From: Octopus sinensis
Lineage: Eukaryota
DNA: 64,000 nucleotides
Direction of reading: 5' to 3'
NCBI RefSeq assembly: GCF_006345805.1
Contig: NC_043019.1
Location: 25,109,360-25,173,359 of the forward strand
The translations under genes were made by a program, and so were the position numbers. The notes beneath the pieces are model-generated. The model was not told the origin of the DNA, did not search any database, and saw only the letters and a list, made by a program, of their open reading frames with translations. Shown in pieces: positions 25,501 to 34,980 of this stretch (positions within the stretch are counted from its first letter, which is position 1; every line of letters begins with the position of its first letter).

Positions 25501-27215
25501 TCATTGGAATGACCAGATGAATAAAGTACTATGATGTTGCTGTGGATTCAGAGACAATTGTAGCGAAAGTAGAGGCAAAGTAAATCACTACTATAAGGTA
25601 CATTACAGACGTGTTTTTTTTTTCTCTCTCTTTCAGTTCACTACTGAGAATTTTGCATCTGAAAATCGAGCAAATGAAGTTGAGGTAAGTCAATCAGTGT
25701 GTTACTCTGATAGTTGTCATTTGGCTTAATTGCTCCTTCTTCATTGTCCCTTTCCACTAAGTACACTTGTTTGGGAAAATTTAACGTCCGTTTTCCATGC
25801 TGGCATGGGTTGGACAGTCTGGGGAACTACACCAGGTTTCAATCTGATTTCTACGACTGGATGCCATATTTGTAGAAATCAATGTCCACTTTGCCATGCT
25901 TGTATGGGCAGATAGAGTTCATTAAGGCAGATATTCGACAACCAGCTGCCCTTCCCATTGCCAGCCCTCGCCAATTTCCAAATAAGGTAATATTCCCCCA
26001 TGGCCAGGCATGTTTTTCACAGAATGTTGAAAAATGAATGCCATTGCTTGAATGACAGTGACAATGTCACCTTTATCGTTGATAGTTTTAGTTCTCCAAA
26101 CCACTAATATCCCTACTGCGTGGCCATTATATTGTGTGTGTGTGTGTACCAGCAGGGCAGTAAGTTTGTCTTGTAATTATGAGGTCTCTGGTGCCATCCT
26201 ACATGGTTTGTTAAAGAAAATGTCTTTTACTCTGGTATATAACGAGTGGAGTTGGTCTGAAAGCCTCTGCATAGAAAATCTCGGGTGGATTAAACTTGGA
26301 AATATCCAGCTTTGTTGCACCCTGTATTGTGCTGATTCCCTCTAAGGATTAGGTTAATGATACTGTGGAGCATTCAGCTATTTCCGTTATAACCCAATGA
26401 AAAGGCTGTTCAGTTGATAGAACAGAACTCCTCATAGAAATCAGAACTTTTGTTACATCGATGTGATGGCGCCAGTCTTATTCTTTATTACTGTTCTTAC
26501 CACAGCAAGTACTGTGATTAACTTCCTTTCTTAGTTCCAGATCCCTTTGTGCCACCCCACCTGATTTGAAACTCACAGCATCTTCATCCAAATGCTGTTG
26601 TGCTTCCACAAATAAGCAAGTCTTTCTATGGCTTTATTAACCCTTTCGTTACCAACCCGGCTGAAACCGGCCCTAGCTCTGAGTACAAATGTCATGTTTT
26701 CATAAGTTCTGAATTAAAATCTTCCACCAAACCTTAGTCTCAATTTATGTTCCTAACACTAGATTAATGATAACTAAGTTATTTTACTAAATTCTTTGTT
26801 GTATTTAAAGTAATTGAAAGAAACACAGAGCATCTCAAAATAAATACAGTAACGAAAGGGTTAAATAAAAAATTAAAAAATCAGATAATTCATGTACAAT
26901 CTAGGTGCAATCCCATGATCATTTGTGAGCAAAGGGCTCTTTACTCATGAACCCCTTTATGGATAAGGACAGGTAGTGTATTTGTTGGCCAGTTTGCTAA
27001 TTCGTGTGTATGTCTCAGTGTTTGATGTTCATTCATTCATTTATTTATTTATTCATTTTCTTCCTCCATTCCAGGAATTCTTTGCAGCCCACCCAGCTGC
27101 TTCTGCAACCCGTAACATTCAGCAGTCCTGTGAAAATATCAGACTGAATGCCTGGTGGTTAGCTAATGAGTCAGATGAAGTTGGTAAATTTTTAGATGAC
27201 ATCAAGGAAGATTAA
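490..27215 (+). CDS. NPEPPS: Puromycin-sensitive aminopeptidase (M1 zinc aminopeptidase), spliced, 20 exons in window, 5'-partial
   Basis: Twenty phase-compatible AG/GT exons join into 2,484 nt (827 aa + TAA). The product has [40 protein letters not shown]-x18-[10 protein letters not shown] and a C-terminal ERAP1-like region, collinear with vertebrate PSA as I recall it. Confidence 0.96.
1110..1189 (+). CDS. NPEPPS: NPEPPS exon ([26 protein letters not shown])
   Basis: ttacag|GT ... AAG|gtatgt; phase 1-0. Confidence 0.85.
1600..2370 (-). mobile_element. Degenerate RTE-like LINE 3' fragment (intronic)
   Basis: Minus-strand remnants DLHFADD* (~2,320-2,343), [29 protein letters not shown] and a basic C-terminal segment; many stops and frameshifts. 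Confidence 0.6.
2662..2787 (+). CDS. NPEPPS: NPEPPS exon ([22 protein letters not shown]...VTQFE)
   Basis: ttgcag|GCT ... GAG|gtaggt. Confidence 0.95.
2975..3238. mobile_element. hAT/Charlie-type MITE
   Basis: Terminal inverted repeats CAGTGATTCTCAAC / GTTAAGAATCACTG; the 8-bp TSD is not preserved. Confidence 0.6.
4741..4848 (+). CDS. NPEPPS: NPEPPS exon ([14 protein letters not shown]...LSNM)
   Basis: caccag|TCG ... ATG|gtaaga. Confidence 0.96.
5303..5529 (-). mobile_element. piggyBac-type MITE family B copy
   Basis: TTAA-CCCTTTAGCATTTAAA ... CTGAATGCTAAAGG; ~220 bp; same family as 14,253-14,472. Other copies near 1-118, 12,283-12,490, 15,097-15,318, 34,141-34,270 and 49,853-50,030. Confidence 0.7.
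5931..6131 (+). CDS. NPEPPS: NPEPPS exon (PVTEEK...KMSTYLLAF...QFALD)
   Basis: tttcag|CCA ... GAT|gtaagt. Confidence 0.95.
6164..6350 (-). mobile_element. piggyBac-type MITE family A copy
   Basis: Ends GTAATGAAAGGG-TTAA; reverse complement of the family at 26,641-26,860. Confidence 0.7.
7774..7992 (+). mobile_element. MITE family A copy nested in a family B remnant
   Basis: Ends GTAACGAAAGGG-TTAA, followed directly by the family B terminus CAGAATAATCTGAATGCTAAAGGG (to 8,020). Confidence 0.65.
8210..8306 (+). CDS. NPEPPS: NPEPPS exon ([32 protein letters not shown])
   Basis: ttgcag|GTA ... AGT G|gtcagt; not in the ORF track. Confidence 0.95.
8985..9420 (+). mobile_element. Two tandem tRNA-type SINE copies (family 1)
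   Basis: AAGGTGGCGAACTGGCAGAATCATTAGC..GAGTTCAAATTCC (A/B-box-like), central GCCTTTCATCCTTTCGGGGTCGATAAA block resembling the MetaSINE-type domain, (ATT)n tails. Confidence 0.7.
9681..9829 (+). CDS. NPEPPS: NPEPPS catalytic exon (GAMEN, HELAH)
   Basis: ttgcag|GT GCC ATG GAA AAC ... CAT GAA CTT GCA CAC ... ATG|gtagtt. Confidence 0.97.
9919..10295. repeat. Long inverted repeat (foldback), Penelope pLTR-like, with a hammerhead core in the loop
   Basis: Arm 9,919-10,085 pairs with 10,113-10,295 (16-nt bulge, few mismatches). The 27-nt spacer reads CTGACGA-stem-GAAAC on the minus strand. Confidence 0.85.
11009..11173 (+). CDS. NPEPPS: NPEPPS exon ([13 protein letters not shown]...SHPIE; third Zn ligand)
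   Basis: taacag|GAA ... GAG|gtattt. Confidence 0.97.
12880..12984 (+). CDS. NPEPPS: NPEPPS exon ([21 protein letters not shown]...; catalytic Tyr)
   Basis: ttccag|GTT ... ACT|gtaagt. Confidence 0.96.
13552..13707 (+). CDS. NPEPPS: NPEPPS exon ([10 protein letters not shown]...[11 protein letters not shown])
   Basis: tttcag|GAT ... AAA|gtaagg. Confidence 0.95.
14125..14569 (+). mobile_element. MITE family A with a complete family B MITE (14,253-14,472) inserted at an internal TTAA
   Basis: TTAA duplicated at 14,249-14,252 and 14,473-14,476. Both elements have CCC...GGG termini and TTAA flanks. Confidence 0.85.
15845..15923 (+). CDS. NPEPPS: NPEPPS exon ([26 protein letters not shown])
   Basis: ttccag|GTC ... 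GGA G|gtaaaa; an alternative same-phase donor lies 12 nt upstream. Confidence 0.88.
16684..16820 (+). CDS. NPEPPS: NPEPPS exon ([13 protein letters not shown]...DEWVL)
   Basis: tttcag|AT ... TTG|gtgagt. Confidence 0.93.
16985..17170 (+). mobile_element. Short element matching the RTE LINE 3' end (family 3), (GAT)n tail
   Basis: GGAGTGGTTGGCGTTAGGAAGGGCATCCAGCTG...CCAACCCATGCTAGCATGG..GTTAAACGATGATGATG; same tail as the LINE at 38,848. Other copies near 20,225, 23,250, 35,660, 51,203(-) and 63,890(-). Confidence 0.75.
17780..17914 (+). CDS. NPEPPS: NPEPPS exon ([14 protein letters not shown]...DMFAL)
   Basis: tttcag|TTA ... TTG|gtaagt. Confidence 0.94.
17998..18492. mobile_element. Tc2/pogo-type MITE
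   Basis: TA-flanked; TIRs CCATAAATCCTCGAGTATAATC / GACTATACTCGAAGATTTACAG; subterminal TGCATATTATACACAAGG-like repeats. Confidence 0.75.
19841..20060 (+). CDS. NPEPPS: NPEPPS exon ([13 protein letters not shown]...VGWEATKEE)
   Basis: atacag|GCT ... GAG A|gttagt. Confidence 0.94.
20744..20886 (+). CDS. NPEPPS: NPEPPS exon ([11 protein letters not shown]...ADLKSP)
   Basis: ttccag|AT ... CCT|gtaagt. Confidence 0.94.
21543..21599 (+). CDS. NPEPPS: NPEPPS exon ([19 protein letters not shown])
   Basis: taacag|GTT ... GAG|gtaagt. Confidence 0.93.
21810..22337 (+). mobile_element. RTE-tail (family 3) element with an internal ~55-60-bp minisatellite
   Basis: About five units of CCTGTGTCGGTGGCACATAAAA..CACCATCCGAGCGTGG, then the family 3 tail and (GAT)n. 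Confidence 0.7.
22354..23244 (+). mobile_element. Probable non-autonomous Helitron/Helentron-like element
   Basis: Starts TACTAG plus a GC hairpin (GCTGCCC-TAA-GGGCAGC) in (TA)n; 5' block repeated at 22,725; subterminal hairpin CCCCTTAG..TTAGGGG; ends ATAATAGGAT. Confidence 0.4.
24058..24274 (+). mobile_element. MITE family B copy, directly abutting an oppositely oriented copy (~23,850-24,053)
   Basis: TTAA-CCTTTTAGTGTTCAGA ... AAATACTAAAGGG-TTAA. Confidence 0.75.
24436..24543 (+). CDS. NPEPPS: NPEPPS exon ([10 protein letters not shown]...VLEFAIS)
   Basis: cttcag|TTG ... TCT|gtaagt. Confidence 0.94.
24881..25100 (+). mobile_element. MITE family A inserted into the terminus of a family B remnant (24,769-25,108)
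   Basis: GAATGC-TTAA-[CCCTTTCGTTAC...GTAATGAAAGGG]-TTAA-AGGG-TTAA. Confidence 0.8.
25178..25330 (+). CDS. NPEPPS: NPEPPS exon ([15 protein letters not shown]...ARLVK)
   Basis: attcag|GAT ... AAG|gtaagc. Confidence 0.95.
25637..25684 (+). CDS. NPEPPS: NPEPPS exon ([16 protein letters not shown])
   Basis: tttcag|TTC ... GAG|gtaagt. Confidence 0.92.
26641..26860 (+). mobile_element. piggyBac-type MITE family A, intact 220-bp copy
   Basis: Perfect 12-bp TIR CCCTTTCGTTAC/GTAACGAAAGGG with TTAA on both sides. Confidence 0.9.
27075..27215 (+). CDS. NPEPPS: NPEPPS last coding exon (EFFAAHP...IKED*)
   Basis: ttccag|GAA ... GAT TAA. Confidence 0.94.
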   Translation, partial: EFFAAHPAASATRNIQQSCENIRLNAWWLANESDEVGKFLDDIKED

Positions 27216-27855
27216 GGACAACACACACACACACACATACATACATAATATACACACGTATATATACAGTTTTCCTTCTTGTTTATTTTGTTTTTACCTT
27301 TTCTTTTTCCTGTTTCTATTTTTTTACCTTCTGTAACGGGAGAGAAAGTGTATTCACTTCAAGCAGTCATTCAAATACATTAGTCCATAACATTTCCAGT
27401 TCCCTACAATCTGATTTTCTCATCTTTCAGATGATGAAATTTGTCTTCTTTTTTCTCTCTCTCTCTTCACTACAGTTGAAAATTTATGCATGGAAAACAA
27501 TAGACAAGATAGTTTTTTAATATCTAATAATGCATGTGACATTAAAATGAAAAATTAACTAGGATTCGATATGTTGCAATAGAATATATTAGTCATTAAC
27601 TATTTCCTTTCGAATAATTTCAATATTTTAATCTTGAAAATATTCCATTTTCTTCTACCAACAAATATAATCTTTTATGTATATTTACTGAGGGAATCTT
27701 ACATAACATCTTCAGCTGGCTGTGCTTTACTGATGAGATCAGAATAAGACCAGAACCTATCCCCATATACGTTTGGATTCTGCATTCTTATGTCTGGTTC
27801 ACTATTGTATATTTTCAACACATACAGTTATTATTTAGTATATATTGTTCAATGA

Positions 27856-27861
27856 AATAAA
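27856..27861 (+). terminator. Candidate polyadenylation signal of NPEPPS
   Basis: AATAAA ~640 nt after the stop codon, followed by a CA and a T-rich downstream tract (27,881-27,896). Confidence 0.5.
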
Positions 27862-28099
27862 CTGTCAATGCACAGTCAGCTTTTTACTTTTGCTTTCCCC
27901 ATCCTTTTGGCCCTTATTTACTCTAACCTCCCAGTTAGACAGCAGATACAGGCTTCAGATATTTTGGGTCATTAAGTCAGGCTAATGTTACTGAGCATCA
28001 ATCCAATGATTTCTTTTTTTTTTTTTCTTCCAGCTAAATTGGATTGTCTTCAAAGTGACTTCCCAAATATCTGCTACATCTCAGCACCATCAAATATCC

Positions 28100-28460
28100 A
28101 CACATTTTTCACAACTTCTAACTCTTCTTGGTGCTACACCGTTTCCCTACAATTTGCTTCAAACGGTCACCTCATCCACCATTTATTTTTCTCTCATGTA
28201 CAACTAACCTGAAATCGTGCTTTGTGGTTGTGGAAGTTGGCCGTCCTGACCGGGGTTCATCTGTGACCTCGAAATGACCAGTCCAAAACCTCAACACCCA
28301 TATTTTCACCATGGAGTAAGATGGGCAGCACTCCTTCAAGACTTCCTTCCTCTTGCCATGGATTTCTGCTGCTCCTTTTCCTTGCAAAAAGGGGAACTTC
28401 ATGACGCCCCCTACTTGAATCTTATCAAAATCCATTGTAGGAGCTGCCATCATGCGTTAA
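28100..28460 (-). mobile_element. Mariner transposase N-terminal remnant
   Basis: GKGAAEIH..KEVL.E.CPSYSMVKIW..RF.TG.FEVTDEPRSGRP, the typical mariner HTH plus GRP motif; degraded downstream. Confidence 0.75.
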
Positions 28461-30224
28461 ACCTGCAAAAAAGAGAAAGACACATTGTATACCATCATGG
28501 TATTTTTTTGCATATCTTCTCCTAAATAGTTGTCCTACCATCCTTGTAAAGGTAACAGCTCTACCCCTTTTGCAATACCCTTAAAATTCCTTGCAGTGTT
28601 TGCTTTTGTCCTTTTTACATTCTAAAGTCAGATTTTGCCGAGGTAGACTTGTGTCTTTCATTTTCACAGACTGAGTGTGATCGACTCAGGTGTTGTGTCT
28701 GCATTTGAGATAATTATTCCCATTATCTGGAAAACAATGAAATTGATAGCACCTGGAAGTATTAAGTTTCGTTCCTCTGCAAATGACTCTGAATTTCACC
28801 TTCCATCTTTATAGGGTCAATAAATGGATTCCATTTAAGTTCAATGTCCTATGAAGAATCCTCTCAGAGAGGGGCAAGCTGACAATATTGTCCAAGTAAT
28901 AGAGAAAATTATTTGTTTGTTCCCATTCTTTACATTTGCAGTTCAAATCCTGCTGAGGTCTACTTTACCTTCCATCCACTCCAAGGTTGATAAAATATAA
29001 TACCAGTCAACGACTAACTTCACTCTCCCTTCAGAATTGCTGGCCTTATGATGCTGAAATCCTTAAATCATCATCATTATTATCATTAGCATTGCTGCAT
29101 CGTAAATTACATCCTTTACGCCTTTCTATTCAGGGAAATAACCAGGGTTTTTAAGTTTAGATTATCAGGTAGGATCAGTCTTAACTCGCTTGCGGTGGAG
29201 AAGTAAAATGCATGAAGATGATTGCAAATATATACACATTAAAATGTGTTGAAAATAGAAATACAAAATAGTTTGCCAACTTACTTCAGCAATTAATTCA
29301 CCTTTAACCTTTCTCAATACAATCACCTGTAATCTCACCTTTTTCAATCAAATCACTTGTAACATCTCTCTTTAGCAATAAAATCACCTGTAATGCCTCT
29401 CTCTCTCTCTCTCTCTCTAGCAATAAATTCTCTTGTAACCTCTTTCTCTCTCTCTCTAAAAAAATGTTCTCTTGTTTGACTGGCTTGTAATGTTGCCTTA
29501 TCTTTTAACAATAAACCCGTCACTACTAAAGATTTTTATTTTTGTTCTTGTTTTATAAAGGACTTTATCTTGCTTATGATGATGATTATTATTATTATTA
29601 TTATTATTATTCTTTGAAAATCACCTGGGATGTGGTTGTGCTGTAGACAGTTCAGAGCTTTGTTTGTATTTAAAACTCACAGGTATAAATGTGCAAACTT
29701 AACTCTGTTTCCACCTTCAGTGCTTGAGATAGATTATGGGGCAGCAGTAAAATACAAATTATTATCGTTTTTATTATTATTATATTATTACCCAGCTGCA
29801 CACAACAATAATACTTTTCTTTATAAAAAATTTAATCTTCTGCCTGTTCAAATAAAAAATCATTATTTTTTTATGATTTATCAAATATATATATATATTT
29901 TTTTTTAATTTGAAGTTTTGAAATTAAAGAAAGAAATGAAATTTGATAATAAAACAGGGATATCAAGATGTATTTAGGATAGAATTGTTTGTTGAGTTTC
30001 TTTTTTTATATTTTACTTTTGTGTATTGTCGTTTTAATTTTCTTTTTTCAGTTTTTTTTTGTTTGTTTGTTTTTTGTTTTTTTCCAGTTCTATATATTTC
30101 TGAGAAAATGTAGACTTTATAGTATCACATATATTATTAAACTGATATACATCAACTAAATCTTGGTGGATTGATACTTAAATGTATGTTTACATTCTTT
30201 TACTTTTTGAAATTGTGTGTGTAT

Positions 30225-30249
30225 GTATATGTGTAGATATATATACATG

Positions 30250-30288
<39 letters not shown>

Positions 30289-30346
30289 GTATATATATAT
30301 ATATATATACATGTATGTGTATATATTATATATATATGTATACATG

Positions 30347-30385
<39 letters not shown>

Positions 30386-30391
30386 TATGTG

Positions 30392-30422
<31 letters not shown>

Positions 30423-30500
30423 GTATATATATATATATATATATGTATACATGTATGTGTATATATATATATATATAATACATGTATGTGATATATATAT

Positions 30501-30531
<31 letters not shown>

Positions 30532-30781
30532 GTATATATATATATTATATTATATATACATGTATGTGTTATATATATATAGATATATATATATATATGT
30601 ATGTATATAATATATACATGTATGTGATATATATATATATATTATATATATATATATATATACAGTATGTGTATATATCTATATATATATATATATATGT
30701 ATATAATATATATATATGTATGTGTATATATATATATATAGTATATATATATATATACATGTATGTGTATCTATACATGTA

Positions 30782-30824
<43 letters not shown>

Positions 30825-30917
30825 GTATATATATATATATGTATAATATATATATATATGTATGTGTTATATATATATATATATAATATATGTAATATAT
30901 ATATATACATGTATGTG

Positions 30918-30950
<33 letters not shown>

Positions 30951-31510
30951 GTAGATATATATATATGTATACATGTATGTGTGTATATATATATATATGA
31001 TATACATGTATGTTGTATATATATATATGTATATACATGTATGTGTATCTATATATATATGTATTACATGTATGTGTTATATATATATATTATGTATATA
31101 CATGTATGTATATATATATATATGTATGTATACATGTATGTGTATAATATATATATGTATATACATGTATGTGTATATATATATATATGTATATACATGT
31201 ATGTGTATATATATATATATGTATATACATGTATGTGTATATATATATATATGTATATACATGTATGTGTATATATATATATATGTATATACATGTATGT
31301 GTATATATATATATGTATATACATGTATGTGTATATATATATATGTATATACATGTATGTGTATATATATATGTATATACATGTATGTGTATATATATAT
31401 ATGTATATACATGTATGTGTATATGTATATACATGTATGTGTGTATATATATATATATGTGTATATATATATATATGTATATATAAATACATATATGAAA
31501 TACATACACA
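30225..31510. repeat. Compound (TA)n / TACATGTATGTG minisatellite
   Basis: About 1.3 kb of TACATGTATGTG(TA)n units; the source of the spurious Y/I/C ORFs. Confidence 0.95.
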
Positions 31511-33561
31511 CACATGCACCTGTATATCTTGACTATAAATTGTTTTTCCTGAAATAACCAAAGCTAAACCATTCCATTGATCTTCAACTTCAGATTTCTA
31601 TTTCTTGAAAATTCTATTATTTCTGTGACAACTTGTTGCTGATTATATTTTAAAACACAAATTTTCAAATAAATACATACAACATTAAAATTAAAACCAC
31701 TTCAGCATATTTCTTGTTGCTTTTTTTTTTTTTGTTATATACCCACATATATATATTTCATTCATTTAGCATTTGTTTTTCCATGCTCACCAAAGGGGTG
31801 TCTCAGTGAGCCAGGTATTTGCAGCCAGTGGCTCTGTCTATTGCCAACCCATATTAGTTTTTCAAATAAGAAGATTGTTTTCTTATTTCTTTTCTCCCAG
31901 GGTTGACAATTCATTGACAGAAGATGCCAACAGATCTCTTCATTCATACATAGTGTAGGTTTTAAACATTTTACACACACACACACTCACAGACTAGAGC
32001 CTACTCTTGTCCCACCACCACCACTTCTCTCATACTGTAATACTTTGTCCCTTGGGACCCTGGCATAAAACCAGCCTCACATCACTTGGGTTTTTATAGT
32101 CTTACAAGCTCTGTGGTAGCACACAAAGGGCATCTAATATAGACTAATGGGGTTGGTGTTAGAAACAAGTCCTTGGACCCATCAATCTTGTCAAAACGGA
32201 CATTAAATTATTTTATATATATATAATTAATGAAGTTGATATTTGATAGTGTATATGATTCTTAAAATCCTTCAAAAATAAATGATTACTATGGCACAAT
32301 TTATAAAAAGATACCTTGTGGTGTTTACATTCACTTGACTCAAAACCTGCCCTGGTTAGCATCATTATCGTTATTGTCTGTTTTCCATGTTAGCATGAGT
32401 TGGCCACCTGGGGAGCTGTCCAGACTCCACTTGTCTGTTTTGGCGTGATTTCTATGGCTGGATGCCCTTCCTAATGCCACAAATACGTACAAGGTGAGTT
32501 GTTCCTCATCAAAAAATTGTTGCTTTGTACCTTTGTCAAATTCATTTTGGCAGAAAGCATGGACATTAATGCTTTGCAGTTTAGCTATGTATGTTAACAT
32601 TCTGAGTTCAAATTAACCTTGTCTTTTAGCCCTTTAGGGGTCAGTTAAAATGCACTACATATGCCAACCAGGATTGATTTCATTATTTGTGTCTGGAAAT
32701 TATTTTTATTCTGAAAAGAACTGCCAATGATAGCTTGTAAATCAGTTTTGTAGTTTCCAGTATAGAAGTTTGGTTCATTAGACTAATATTTACAGCCAAG
32801 AATGGTAGATTAACTCCTTCACCAAGATGACTTTGGAGGGCCAAAAATTCCACATGAAATGCCACAGGATTTGCAAAGAGAGTGATGGTATTTGACTGTT
32901 TACACAGTGAACTGCGATGACTTGTATGCTGGAGATATGGTAGACAAAATGCTTTGTATTTACAAGATTCCAATCAACTTTACCATTCCTCCTTCAGGAA
33001 TTACTAAAGAACAAGTGCTGCAATCAATATTATTGACTGGACACACCCACACCATGGAAATTAGTGCCACCCAGCTAAATAAACTGTTTGCTTTCACTCT
33101 AAATGCCAGACAGTATTGGTTTCCAGAATCCTGTTGAAAAGAAGGACATTCAACCTGATAACTGTATTTTCCAGCATACAAGACGAAAATTTACAGCTGA
33201 AACAATTTAGGTCAACTTATACATCTTTGGAGGACGAAAGATTCCATGTGAAAGATAGAATGTTTACAATTATGTGCTACATTAGCTTGTCTGCTGGAAA
33301 ATACTGTAATTATGTAAGAGCCAATGAAGAAAGCTTCTATAGTCGCTGGGCCTGTTAGAAAACTTCTTTTTTTTTTTTTTTTTTTTGCCAGCATACAAGT
33401 CGAATTTTTCTGGCCAAAAATTCTATGTGAAATGCAGTAGAATTTGCAAAGGTAGTGATTATGTTTGAATGTTTATTCAGAAAGTATAGTATTGATGTTT
33501 CACTGGCACCAGACAAACATACCACTACTACTACTATTACTACAATGACTTCTGATCTTAG

Positions 33562-33727
33562 TACTCTTTACTCTCTTTTACTTGTTTCAGTCATTTGACT
33601 GCGGCCATGCTGGAGCACCGCCTTTTTAATCGAGCAACTCGACCCTGGGTCTTATTCTTTTGTAAGCCCAGCACTTATTCTATCGGTCTCTTTTGCCGAA
33701 CCGCTAAGTAACGGGGACACAAACACA

Positions 33728-33774
<47 letters not shown>

Positions 33775-33930
33775 ACGACCGGCTTCTTTCAGTTTCCGTC
33801 TACCAAATCCATTCGCAAGGCTTTGGTCGGCCCGAGGGTATAGTAGAAGACACTTGCCCAAGGTGCCACGCAGTGGGACTGAACCTGGAACCATGTGGTT
33901 GGTAAACAAGCTACTTACCACACAGCCACT
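33562..33930 (-). mobile_element. tRNA-derived CORE-like SINE (family 2)
   Basis: Minus strand TGGCTGTGTGGTAAG..GGTTCAGTCCC..CCTTGGGCAAGTGTCTT, internal (TA)n, AAGTAAAAGAG tail. Confidence 0.8.
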
Positions 33931-34481
33931 ACATGAATATCTTCTCCACCTACTACTAAATACTTAGATCTGAACTGCTAATTTCTACAGATATTTCAGC
34001 TGAATAACATCAACTGCACTAGTATTGCCAGTTGACAGAGGTTAGGGTCGTTAACCCCAACTCCTTTGACTAATTTGTCAAATATTTAGACTAATGATTG
34101 AGCTTAAGATTGATTAACATCTCTCACAATATCTGCTTAACCCTTTGGCATTTAAACTGGACGGATTCTACCTGTTTTACTTTCAAACTGGCCGAATTAC
34201 CTCCAAGTTACAAAATAATGCATGATTCATGAGAATGTAAAGGAATAAGCCACACATTTGACAGAATAATCTATGGGGCTCATTCTTTTACTTCTTTCAG
34301 TCATTTGGCTGGAGCACCGCCTTTAATCGAGCAAATCAACCCCAGGACTTACTATTTGTAAGCCTAGTACTTTTTCTATTGGTCTCTATCGAACTGCTAA
34401 ATTACGGGGATGTAAACACACCAACATCATTTGTTGAGCGATGGGGGGAGGGGGCAAACACACACATATCTGTGTATATAT

Positions 34482-34980
34482 ATAATTTACAATATAAGGG
34501 CAAAAGAAAAATTCTAATGCCGAAAAAAAGACAAAAATTGTCAATTAACCATTATAATTTATGCGTCTTGAAACAAACCGATAGAAATTTCTAAAAAATT
34601 TATTACCGTATTGGACCAATTTCAGAGTTAATTCATAAGAATTTTCTCCTCTTCAGCGGCAAATACGCGAGATATAAGTGAAATACTTACTCATACCCAT
34701 GGAAAAAGCAAACACCAAGTCCTGAGCAGACCTAAGTACCCCAAATATATCCAAAATAGAAAATCTTTGGCACGTCTCGAGAGACGTGTGATTCGAACTA
34801 GAAACTTTCACAGAGTGATAGAATCTGGAAGTGAACACTATTCAAATTTATAACTAATGTAGGATAAAAAATTTTTGGGGAAAAAATTTCATCAATGGCT
34901 AGCATATCAAAAAATACCTTAAAAGGTTAAATTTATAAATAATTTACAATATAAGGGCAAAAGAAAAATTCTAATGCCGA
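34482..34980 (-). mobile_element. Hammerhead-bearing non-coding retroelement (retrozyme / Penelope pLTR-like): 457-nt unit plus 42-nt terminal repeat
   Basis: Exact 42-nt direct repeat at 34,482-34,523 and 34,939-34,980; internal hammerhead; inserted into (TA)n. Confidence 0.75.
34603..34662 (-). ncRNA. Type I hammerhead ribozyme
   Basis: Minus strand UUGCCG-CUGAAGA-GGAG AA AAUUC UUAU GAAUU AA CUCU-GAA-AUUGG U CCAAU-A/CGGUAA. All three helices close; AUA triplet; palindromic stem III; G10.1-U11.1 wobble. Confidence 0.85.

Noticed and set aside
27730-27765. CTGATGAG in the NPEPPS 3' UTR (and at ~24,685) as a hammerhead or C/D box
   Set aside because: There is no properly placed GAAA, no closing helices, and no terminal stem with a D box.
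30156-31561. Long ORFs (up to 334 aa) rich in Y/I/C/M/V/H
   Set aside because: These are translations of TA/TG microsatellites that lack stop codons. The same applies to ORFs at 42.8-44.9 kb and 53.4-60.1 kb.
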